Shown in pieces: positions 10,741 to 23,935 of a stretch of DNA of 64,000 nucleotides (positions are counted from its first letter, which is position 1; each line of letters opens with the position of its first letter). The position numbers were made by a program, and so were the translations under genes. The notes under the pieces were generated by a model. It searched no databases. It was not told the DNA's origin and saw only the letters and a list, made by a program, of their open reading frames with translations. Source of the DNA: Selaginella moellendorffii (lineage: Eukaryota > Plantae > Lycopodiophyta); assembly GCF_000143415.4 (NCBI RefSeq), contig NW_003314273.1, forward strand, positions 2,838,291 through 2,902,290, given 5' to 3'.

Positions 10741-11612
10741 CTCACTCACACACACACACAATTCATGGAATAAAAAAAAGGAGTAAGCCATGCCGAGAGA
10801 AGGCAGTGATCATGATCGACCATGAAACAAGGTCCCATTCGATCAAACAACTGCTTTGCTTGGTCAAGATGGCTGTCTGATGCGGCATGGCATTCCATTC
10901 CTCGATCTAGATACTTGCCATGCCGCCTCAGGGCATCCACACCTCCCATACATTTGCACCAGAAAATTGGATGCCAAACAATCTCCTGCCGCAAGGACGT
11001 GCTAGATCTCATTGTGAAGCTTACAAGCTGCAGATAGATTGCTACACGTTTTTATTCCATCCAATAAAACCTCTTGACCATACATTGCTCTCTATGAGAA
11101 AAAAAGCATATCTGTGGATGCAATCTTGGCTAGTGCCTTGAGAGTTGTAGAAACAATCATCGATTCGGAGATTAGTGTCTTGACCTACACCACCATCGTC
11201 TTTGCAACTTTGGGATTTCCATTTGTAAAATTCAAACATGCATGTCTCAATTTGAGAAAGTGGGGCTGTAAATTAATATGCAATCGCGATCGGTAAAGAT
11301 TCTTCAAACCGTGATATCACACCCGTATAAAACCTTTGCCAGTGGGAATCGCATATTATGTCTGCTAGTACTGAATTTACATTAGATCTAAGCATAGATC
11401 CATATATTATGGAGAGAATTTTTTGCCAGCATCTAAGAATCTAGTTCCACCACATGATCATTGTGGATCATTCAAAACTAAGAAATTTCAGACTTTCCAG
11501 GGACACACTGTTCTACATGACTATTGGCTATATTGAAAGTGCTTACAAAGCGAAATCCCCCAGAAATGATCAAGCCACACAACAATCACTTTGTACAACC
11601 ATTCTGAAAATT
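10741..11612. repeat. Direct repeat of 7260-8110 (PPR 5' fragment plus upstream DNA), preceded by a (CT)n(CA)n microsatellite
   Basis: ORF pairs 7342/10822, 7167/10746 and 7562/11042 are nearly identical. Microsatellite at 10719-10760. Confidence 0.92.
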
Positions 11613-11805
11613 TGACTATCTCAATCCAGAGATGAAACCAGCATAGAGCAGAATTTCACAGGAGGTTCATGGATGATCCAATCCAATTGATGGTGATCAC
11701 TGTCAATCAAATCCTCGAGAAGTTTGATTGGGAAAAATTCAATCAAGACGCTTTTGGAGAAGCAATTTCTAGAAAAAACTGGCGCGTCAAGGGGACTGGA
11801 ATCTC

Positions 11806-11877
11806 GCCACGTACGCGCAAAAAGCCACGTGGCTTGCATAGATTCGCCGCCACTAGGCGTGTGTTCTTGACCACGTC
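11806..11877. promoter_or_regulatory. ABRE/G-box cluster upstream of the small ORF at 12066
   Basis: gccacgta at 11806, palindromic gccacgtggc at 11824-11833, ccacgtc at 11871. Confidence 0.55.
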
Positions 11878-12065
11878 TGGCTCCACGCTTTCGATTGACG
11901 CAATAAAAGCACCATTCCTCGTTTGGTGGCACAGTCTGTGCTCTGCGATCTCATCCCCTCCCATCTCCGCTCCCTCCAATTCGATCAATCCGGTAGCCAG
12001 TAGCGCTAGCATCCAGATCCTCTCCTCCAATTCGCGTCAATTCCATGCTATAGATTACAGGATCT

Positions 12066-12365
12066 ATGGCTTACTTCAAATCTATGGCAACTATGGCGGC
12101 TGCCACGGCCACTGCAGCGATCTACGAGGCTCGAGTCCATCACTTCCATCACGACTCGCCTTCCTCCTCCGCGAATTCGCCAGATCATGAGCAATTCCAC
12201 CAGGATCCCTCGTCAGGAGCGCACAGCCAAGGGGCAAGCAGCAAGATCCAAGCTCAGGATCACAAGAACCAAGGGGGAGGAGTGATGGGCAGTGGTTGTA
12301 TCCCACAGCATCAAGACCCAAGGCTCCATTTCTTCGATACTCTCATCCCTGGCACTAGATACTAG
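12066..12365 (+). CDS. Small (99 aa) plant protein of unknown function
   Basis: Ala-rich N-terminus (MATMAAATATAA), disordered middle, C-terminal DPRLHFFDTLIP. This resembles the plant small-protein C-terminal motif of type AP.fDGL.f.ETl recalled from memory. Good ATG context. Confidence 0.6.
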   Translation: MAYFKSMATMAAATATAAIYEARVHHFHHDSPSSSANSPDHEQFHQDPSSGAHSQGASSKIQAQDHKNQGGGVMGSGCIPQHQDPRLHFFDTLIPGTRY

Positions 12366-12471
12366 CGATAGAAACGAAAATGCTCCCATTCATCGATGAT
12401 TCCTCCAATTGTCAATAAATTCCATGACCTCTCATACTAAAAGAACTCCAATTGATTGATCAAATGGTTCT

Positions 12472-13881
12472 TTAGTTCTTCCCAGTCGATGATAGTTTAC
12501 ACCCAAAAAGTTTCTTTGCCATCTCTACGTATGATCGCCTAAACGCGTTCTTGTCCGTGAACTTCTCGCGGTAGTGCGATCGCCGATGCAAAGTGTCCGC
12601 GACCGAGGCACTGCCTCCATTCTCGGTGCCATAGACACTCCTGTTCGTCTCGTCCAGGAAGTTCTTCCCCGACGTGATCGAGTCCTTCTCCTCCTGGACA
12701 GCGTCGCTCGCCGAGGCGCGTTTGATCCGCTGCCATCGCTGCTCCTCGTGGAGCTCCGCGTCCTGCTGCATCTCTCTCAGCCGCGCCATCTTCTCCTCCT
12801 CGCGGCAGCGGTGGCTTGCCGGAGCCACGGTTTTCCTCCCTGTCCCGTCTTCGTGCCTGCGATGCCGATCATCCACGTCTGGGCTATCGTCTCTCCCGCT
12901 TTCTACTTCTCGTATCATCGCCCTCGCGAACTTGGTTGCTTCTGTACCTGTCTTGCTCGTCTGTCTCGGGAATTCTTTTGCTGCGATCTTCTCGATCATC
13001 CCGTGAAGAAGCAACTATTTTGTTTCTATGCCTGTCTTCCTCGTCGCTGTCCTCGGCAGATCTTTTCCTCCTGCTATACCTGTCATCCTCATCGGAAGCT
13101 CTTTTGTTTCCATCGTCATCCTCCTCGGCGGCTCTTCTGCTTCGATCAGCTCTCTTTGCTTCTGGCTCGCCAGCTTCACCGTTCTCTTTCATTTTCTTCT
13201 TCAGCGCCTTCCTTTTCTGCTTCTCCTCGGCTTTTATCTGTGCTTTCAATCGCTTCTTTTCGTCTTTAGCTTCCATCTTGCTCTCTACCTGCAAAAACAA
13301 TCAAAGTTCCAGTTTTGTGTTAGAAAAAGTTCACAGGCAATCCTAAAAGGAGGGAAGAAAAACATACCTCTTTTCGCAAAGCTTCCATCTTCAAAGGATT
13401 GCTCTTGATTCGTTCCCGAGCGGCCAGCTCTTGCTGCTTAATCAAGAGCAAAGGATCCGACCGAGTTTTCCTCCACTTGTCATTAGCCGAGATCTTCTCT
13501 TCCACGAACAGCGATCCCGGCGTGGCGGCCACCTGCTGGATCACTCTCTCCTCTTTGGATTCTTCGAGAGGCTTACCAAGCAAATACTCCTCATTCGACG
13601 GCTTGCCAACGCCCAACCCCGCGTCCTGGAAAAACCAAGCAAAATTCCCATCAGTCACTCGCTGGCGCGCAGAGAAAATCTAAAATCTAGCTAGAACACT
13701 TACGGCACCAGCCCCGCTTGCTCGTGGAGCTTGCGAAATTCCAAATGATCCTGCTCCTCCCTGATCTGCTTCTGGAGCTCCTCGAGCTTCCGCTTCTCCG
13801 CCTCGCGGCCTTCCACACCGTCTCGATGTTGCGCAGGCTGCCCGTGTGCCATCCCTTCTTGTTGAGAAACTTGAGCGCCAT
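12472..13881 (-). pseudogene. CWC25: Pre-mRNA splicing factor CWC25 homolog with multiple frame-disrupting lesions
   Basis: MALKFLNKKGWHTGSLRNIETVWKA (CIR_N), EEYLLGK, NDKWRKTRSDPLLLIKQQE and ARLREMQQDAELHEEQRW. Three exons, but frames do not join (about 13805, exon-2 start at 13626, about 12890). Confidence 0.8.
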
Positions 13882-14789
13882 AGCGGGATCCTCACGAACC
13901 CTAACTCAAGAGCCCTAAAGGTTTCATTTATAGCAAACCATTAAGGTCAAGTATAGCCCTAAACAAAGTTTCCTAGATATCAGGGGCCGTGAGGAGCATA
14001 TTCCGTCGCGCATCTCCGTCGCGTGCTCTCCGGGGCTTTCATTAATAAGCGTCGGCACATGCACCACTAAATGCCGCCTTGCAATCGTCGTCGTCCGGTC
14101 GCGGAGATCGACGGCCTTAATGGCGCCAGCGGGGCAGAGGCCGGGGCTCTTAATTCCAGCTTTGGCATTCAAGTCCCCTGCGTATTTCCCCGCGCTCGGC
14201 CACCGCGCGGTGCTGGACGCGGTGTTTGGTGCTTTACTTTCCACTCGCTAGATTGGCCGTGCGGCTGACGCACGTGTGCCGCACAAGGCCGCGTCGCCAC
14301 ATTGGCGGAAGAGAGTAGCGTCTCGCCTTCCTTCTCTCTCACACCCAATCTCGTGGAGCTACATTTTTTATTTTTCTAGGTCAGCTGTTGCTGCCACAGA
14401 TTTGTTGCGAGCGCTTTCGATTCGAGGTGATGGCGCAGCGAGCAGCGCTGCTCGACAATCTCACGCTCGTTCTTCGAGGAAGAAATTTCTGGCGCTGCGC
14501 GGCGGATTGCTCATCGTCTACTCCGGTAGCTGGAGCGTCATCGGATTTTCCCTAGGTAGAGCACAGGAATCGTAGCTAGAGCTAGAAATTGGGCAAATAT
14601 TATCCTCGCGACTGTGTTCTTCGTCCTCTTCGGCGGCTGGGATTTTGCGCCATGGGATCTTCGCTAGCTAGAGTAGAAGTAGAACACAGGTGGGGAGGAA
14701 TCGAGCGTAGCTAGAGCTAGAAATTTGGGAAAATATTTCGGGATTGGATTTGCAAATGTATATGGAGGGGAGCTGATTTGCGCTGGGCA

Positions 14790-17342
<2,553 letters not shown>

Positions 17343-17965
17343 TCATCAAAACTTCATCCAATTTGGATTCTCTAAAATCGCTCTCACTCGCTAGCGAGAT
17401 CGCTGCTTATCTTCTCGTTTCCATTCACACTGTAAATTCTCTATGATTGATTGTCGAGCTAGCGCGAAAAAGACTACCATTTTTTTCCACCTTGGACTTG
17501 GTCGCCGGGGGGTTCGAGTCCCATTAGCTTACGTGCCACGTCACGGCCATGTCATCAGAGATACGTTTTGACTGCGACGGAGCTGCGATTGGAAGAAGCG
17601 AGCGCTCTCTCTCCAAGCAACAGTACCCCAACGCTACACTACACTCTTTCTTTTTTAGGGCTTGTGGATGGGAGGAGGAGAGGCTAGGCGCATTGTGGAC
17701 CTGGTCTTGGAGCGCCGCCGTGTCGCGCTCACGGGATTCCCTGGCGCTACTGCTCATGCTGGCGCTGGCTCTGCGCTCTCGATCGATCGAGCTCACCGGC
17801 GGCGCTGCATCATCAGCGCCTCGGGAATCTCCAGGTGAGGGTTACTGCTGCTCGAGCGCTACTAGGTCACGAGCATTGGTGATCTCGGAGGACAGGGTAG
17901 GAATCGCGGGGTAGCGATGAGAATAGGAGCGTAATATCGCGGCCGCTGTCCAAGAAGAGCTTGGA

Positions 17966-20210
17966 ATGGGCGAGCCAATGTTAACCGAGAAGCTCGAGGG
18001 AGGTGAGAATGCTCCGGAGGATGGATGTAGCAGCAGTAGCAGTAGCGATGACAAGGTCCAGAAGAGATTTTGGCGGTCGGCTTCATGGTCGTCCTCGCAT
18101 TCCGCGCCCCCGAGTCCCGGAAGGCCAGTTCTTCCCATGGACAAGCCTGGCACATCGTATCAGCTTCCTCTCACGCCTCGGCAACAGGGTAGCCGGAGAG
18201 GGCCAACGCTACCACCGCTGCTAACCTCTGGGAGAGTTGGGAACGACGAGGCCAGGGACTGGGCTCCTCTTACTCCACGCAGGGATATAAACCGGATGAA
18301 GAACGGGCTGGAGATCAAGCTCGACCTCGCTGCCGTGCAGCGCTGCCGGGATTCGTCCGAGCCAACGGAGATGCAAATGAAGAGGGACAAGTTTGCGTTC
18401 TTCGAGAAAGAGTGCTCGAGGGTGGCCGAGCACATCTACTTGGGGAGTGATGCTGTGGCCAGGAACCGGGAGACTTTGCTAGCCAACAAGATCACTCACG
18501 TACTCAACTGCGTGGGATTCATCTGCAAGGAGTACTTCCGGGACGACTTCAAGTACCACACTCTGTGGCTGCAAGACAGTCCCTCGGAAGACATCACCAG
18601 CATCCTCTACGACGTTTTTGACTACTTTGAGGAGGTCCGGGAGCTGGGTGGCCGGGTGTTTGTCCACTGCTGCCAAGGTGTGTCTCGATCCACAGCGCTG
18701 GTGATCGCGTACTTGATGTGGAGAGAGGGACGGAGCTTTGAGGATGCGTTCCAGGACGTGAAAGCTGCCAGGGGGATCACCAATCCGAACATGGGATTTG
18801 CGTGCCAGCTCCTCCAAGCACAGAAACGAGTCCATGCCTCTCCCGCGAGCCCGAACTCGATCCTTCGCATGTACCGGATGGCGCCACACTCGCCTTACGA
18901 TGCACTGCACCTGGTTCCCAAGACCATCAACAATCCAAGCCCGACGGCGCTCGACTCAAGGGGGGCGTTTGTGGTTCACGTACCCAGTGCCATCTTCGTG
19001 TGGATCGGAAGGAAGTGCGAGAAGGAGATGGAGATCCTTGCCAAAGCGGCTGCTGGACAGGTTGTGCGATATGAGAGGGCGCAAGCTCCGATCATGTCCA
19101 TATTCGAGGGTGAGGAACCTGAGGACTTCTGGGAGGCTTTCAGCAAAGGCTCGAGCAACTTGGAAGGGGGATACGATCGACTCAAGGGCGACTTGAAGCG
19201 GGTGGAAGCGTACGACCTGGACTTTGAGCTCTACCACAGAGCGTTGCAAGGAGTGGTTCCACCGTCTGGTGCCGTGGTAACTCACATACCGGCAAGGGTC
19301 AGTGGCTGGAGCAGGCTGAGGAAGAAGTTCTTCTCGGGATCCGTCAAGGAAAAGGTGGCGGCTATCAAGGAGTCGGGGTGTACAAGGAGCGGCTCTCCGC
19401 ATTCTCCACTCTCGGAAACCTCTACACCATCATCGTCGCCCCCAGCCTCGGGCTGCCCGTCTCCGTCTTACTTCTTCTCGGCATCGCCAACTCCTTCGCC
19501 GGCTTCGTCCTACTCGTGGTCTCCAGCCTCCTCGGACGAGTCATCGGCCTCGAGTCGCTACACTTCTCCGGCTCCTTCTCCACTGCGGTTCCCGTCGGCC
19601 GCGCCATCGGGGAAACCATCGTCCGTGTCGCTGGCAGAGCGTAGGGGAGGGATGCCTCCATCGCTCTTTCTCGGCAGCATGGTCGAGGAGCCGCCTCCAA
19701 CTCCGAGGTTTGGAAAGACCTTCAGCTTTAAGTCGGATTCCGACGCAAGCGCTGGCTTGGACGCTTCCGCCACTCCAAGTCCAGACAGTGACCGGGCGAT
19801 GGAGATTGACAACAACGGGGATAAGAAGAGGAGGATTTACGAGTGGCCCCGGCTCAAGAACGTCGACTTGTCCGGCAGGCACGACTTGGATTCCAGCAGC
19901 GTCTACATTCTAGTGAACCGAGTCACGGGGAGAGACGCTGGCGACTTGTTCATCTGGGTGGGAAGCAAGGCTGGGATTTGCATTGACGGCGTTGGTTCTC
20001 CCTGCCTGGACGAGGCTGGAGGTCCAAACTGGGAGCAAATTGGAGCTGGCTTCCTCAAGCGCATGGACATTCACAGTGACAAGCCTGCCAGTGTAAGTTT
20101 TTATCTTTCGTTCGTTTCGTTCTTCTGGAGTGATGGATTTTCGCTCCTTGCAGGTAATCAAAGAAGGCGAGGAACCAGAAGAGCTCTGGGAGAAGTTTTT
20201 CTCGTTGTGA
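17966..20210 (+). CDS. MKP1: MAP kinase phosphatase 1-like dual-specificity phosphatase with gelsolin-like domains
   Basis: FWRSASWS, catalytic VHCCQGVSRS, LDSRGAFVVH gelsolin-like region. Intron 20093-20153, last exon VIKEGEEPEELWEKFFSL*. Confidence 0.93.
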
Positions 20211-20640
20211 CAACCTTTTGAAGCGAGCAGCAGCGTATCCTGTTTGATAGATGCTGCTTTGCTCGGGGGTGGCTGACAACACAAGGCACGCGTCATTCTT
20301 TTAGTCAGGTTTCCTGGCTTCTTAAAAGTGGTTTTCCTTCTTTTTTCGTTCTATAAGAAACTCATTTTCAGCTCCAATCTGTTCAGATAGTAGCGATCTC
20401 TGGCGATCACGATAGCATGAGGATCGATCGAGAGAACCAAGGAGGTAAATGGAACTGAGTTTTTGGTGTACTGACGTTACTCCTCCCAGCCTCGCCATTA
20501 CCTTGCTGTGGCTAGGCAGCGATTAGATTGCTACGAACCAAGTACTCTCTCTAAGAAACGAGGCTATGATCTTGAGGTAACTCTCGGAAGTTCAAGAAAA
20601 AATTGGTTTGGAACAAAAGATTGGAACAAAAGAATGAAGA

Positions 20641-23085
20641 TCACATCTTCTTGGTTGCGCGGAAAAGTCCCCACTTCTGGTGGCCTTGGCCGCATCGCAC
20701 CAGTTTGGACTTCCAGCCATGGACAATATCCTCGTAGTCTTCCTGGATCATCACACACAGAGATCACGTAAACAAGCTTTCAACTTATCATCAACGAGAA
20801 ACCTTGTCACTTGCCTCTGAAAAGTCTTGCAAGAAGCTTTTCTTGTTTCGCTCCACAGCATCCAGCTCCTTGGTCAGGATGCGCACAAACTAAAGCAAAA
20901 AGGAAGCTAAGAAAACCATTTAACACGGCACAAAACTCTTTTTTACCTGGTCTGTGCGATCCTCTGCCACGACATCCACAAAACCAGCGTCTCTCAACAT
21001 CTGTTCCGAAACAGTGACGTCGTGAATATGAATCACCAAAGAAAGAACAGGAGCGTAGAGTAGAGTTACCTGGCCATAGTGATCCACGTCGTGAAGATCA
21101 TAGCCTCGTTTCTTAATGTACTCGAGAAACTCGGCAGAGACTTCGTCTTTCGATCGGCAGTAGTCCGTGATGAGAAGTTTGCCGCCGGGCTTTAACCACG
21201 AAAGGAGCCTCGCGAACAGGGCTGGTTTATCCTGGAAGCATGGCGAAGAACACCTGGAACTCAGAAACACAGACAAAAGGAAAAGCAAAGCCGCGAGATG
21301 GAAGCGAGAAGAAAGAGTTACCTGGATATGGAGGATGGTGTCTCGGCTGTAGATGACGTCGAAGCTCTCGGCGGGGAAGTTCTTCTCGGTGCAATCCGCG
21401 ACTTCAAACTCGACAAAGCACTTGCGTCCGATGGAGCGCTCCAGAGCGATGGACACCATGTTTACCGAGAGATCGATGCCAACGACTTGGACGTCGAAGT
21501 CCTCGGCCATGTAGAAATCACCGCCCCCGATGCCGCAGCCAACGTCGAGCACCTTTTGCCCGGCCTCGAGCTTGAGGCTCTCTACAAATTCTTTGGTTGT
21601 TTCTGTGTCAACACAAGCCCAAGAGGATGTGAGGTAGAGCAAAGAAAAATCTGTATGTTGAAGCTTCTTCGAACTTAGAAAGATGGAGAGATGGGAAAGA
21701 AAATGTCAGGAGATGGAAAACGTTTGGAGCGAAAGAACCAAAGCTTACCGAGTCCTCCAGTGCTTACGAAACCTTCACCAAATATCCGCTCGTAGCGAAG
21801 GATGCCGCGCTGTGTGTACTGGACGTTGTCCAAAAACTGCTGAAACTTCAAGCCATCGGGGCCCGTGCACTTGATCTTCTTCCACATCCAGCAGATCTAC
21901 ACGAAAAGAGAGAACGCTCCAAGTTTGTATGGTAGTGAAAACGAAGCGAAAGTTGTACCTGGTTCTGGTTCCTCTTGTTCTTGACGTAGGCCGAGACGCA
22001 CTTGAACAAGACGAGCTGCAGCTTGGAGTAGCTTCCATCCTCCTCTGCGATGTAGCACTCCTCAAAGATCTGGACAAAGTTGATGAGAAAAGAATCTAAA
22101 GTCGGGTGTCTACTCGAATTTTTGTCATCTCTACCTTGTTGTAGAAGCGAGGCTCCCGGTAATGCGTGGGATTGTTCTTGCGCTTGTGATCTCCAGACTG
22201 GTGGAAGCACGACTCCCGGAAGAAAATAGAACCCCCGCGTTTGAGCCAAAAGATCATCTTCTTGGTGAGCGCCGTTACCTGTGATTGTTAAGATCGATTT
22301 TTAGCTCGAGGAAGACATGAAAAAATGGAGGAGACCAACCTCATCGTCGGAGAGATACATGAGTAGCCAATTGGAGAAGATGAGATCCTTGGAGGAGCGA
22401 GGAAAAGTGAGGCTGGGGGAAGTAACGTCGGCACACAGAAACTCGACGTTCTTGTGGCATCCATTCACCTCCTTGTTCTACAAAAACAAAAAAAAGAGAG
22501 AAAGATCTTCCTTAGTCACCGAGAAGAAGAAGAAAAGATCTTGTCTAGCGACGAGAAACAATCGAGAAGAAGACGCAAAAGCTCTTGTCTAGAATCAGCA
22601 AGGAAAGAGAAAAAACTCAAAGAGAAAGAGGAAGAAACTAACCTTGTCAATGACCGACTGGACGAAATCCATGGCGACAACATGCTTGGCAGACTTTGCC
22701 AAGTCGCCAGTGAATCGCCCAATGCCGGCCCCAAGCTCCACCACGCTGATCCCCTCCAGAGGAGGAAGCATTGACAGGATCTGGAAGAAACCAAAAAGAA
22801 TTTCGAGAGATAGTTTCCCTTCTTTCTCGCTCTTTCGTTCTCCTTCCATACCTCGGGACGCTCCTCTTGATCGAGCTTCGCCGCCTGGCTGTCGAGCAGC
22901 ATTTCCTCCACGGTCAGCGCGGTGGAGTGCTCCTTCCAGTAGCTCAGCTGGGCATCGCGCTCGGCTAGGAAACAGGACCACAATCAAACCAATTCAAGAA
23001 ACCACCAGGGGAGAAATCATCGCTGGATCGATCCATGGGCGCTAGAATCGACCGATCGCTTACTCGAAAGAATGGGGGCCGCCAT
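20641..23085 (-). CDS. PEAMT: Phosphoethanolamine N-methyltransferase (two SAM-methyltransferase domains)
   Basis: Start MAAPILS|[13 protein letters not shown] (intron 22965-23063), [57 protein letters not shown] intron at 20743-20814. Confidence 0.95.
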
Positions 23086-23475
23086 GATCGCGATTCGCGC
23101 CTGGAAATCCTCTCTCGCCGATGATCCAACCGAGTGTTACCTACATGCACGAGAAAACTTTAGAGCAAACCCTCTCTTGTTTTTGTAGCAAGAAAACAAA
23201 AGCGCAGTAGCTCAGATCTCGCGGATCAAGCTTTAGGAAATGGAACATTATTGGCGATCGCGCAATCATCAAAGAAATAGGAAAGAGAGAAAAAGAAGAA
23301 AAGCTTCCTTCCACCGCCAACTTGACACGCGCTCGGATCTCCAAACAAATTGCCACCAAAGAGAGAGAGCGAGAGAAAAGTTTCAGACAAGGATCAAACA
23401 CGCGTCCCTTCACAATCGCGAAAAACACTTTTTTTTTTTTCTGCGAGTCAGATCCAGGTGGGCCAAAACACTCAA

Positions 23476-23710
23476 GATTCAGATTCAGATTCACTGCTCA
23501 AACAGCAAAAAGTTCAGAAAAAATTCGTCAAAAAAAAAGGAGTTACTCATTTCCTTCGATTCAGATTCAGATTCACCGCCCAAACAACAAAAAAGTTCAG
23601 AAAAAAATCGTTAAAAAGAAAGGAGTTACTCATTTCATTCGATTCAGATTCAGATTCAGTGCCCAAGAACAAAAACAAAAATCGTCAAAAAACAAATGCT
23701 ACTCATTTTC
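23476..23710. repeat. About 3 copies of an 82-83-bp tandem unit with a (GATTCA)3 core
   Basis: gattcagattcagattca at 23476, 23558 and 23641, each followed by an A-rich tract and (ggag/tgc)ttactcattt. Confidence 0.88.
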
Positions 23711-23935
23711 TCCTCCCAAAGTTCTAATTTTTTTTTTTTTTCCTCAGCTCGTATCTACATAGAAACCTTTCCAATCTATTAAGACCAAAAACCCAAAAAA
23801 GAGTGATTTTTTTCTTAGCGGTAAGGAAAGAAAGATTGCGACTTGCGTACCAGTGGCCATGTACAATTGCTGATGTCGCAGAGCACTCACTTCCTTTCAT
23901 CGTCGTCTCTCCACAACTTGTGTGTGAACTCTTCT

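Noticed and set aside
12574-13408. Long + strand ORFs (12574..13269 and others; also 44780..45697, 54100..54891)
   Set aside because: These are antisense shadows of CWC25, SCRM and mTERF coding regions.
23034-23036. ATG at 23036 as the PEAMT start
   Set aside because: It needs a non-canonical or 41-bp intron. ATG 23085 has a strong context and a canonical gtaagc donor in the correct phase.
23476-23710. Repeat-spacer pattern resembling a CRISPR array
   Set aside because: The intervening sequences are homologous to each other, the context is eukaryotic and there are no cas genes.
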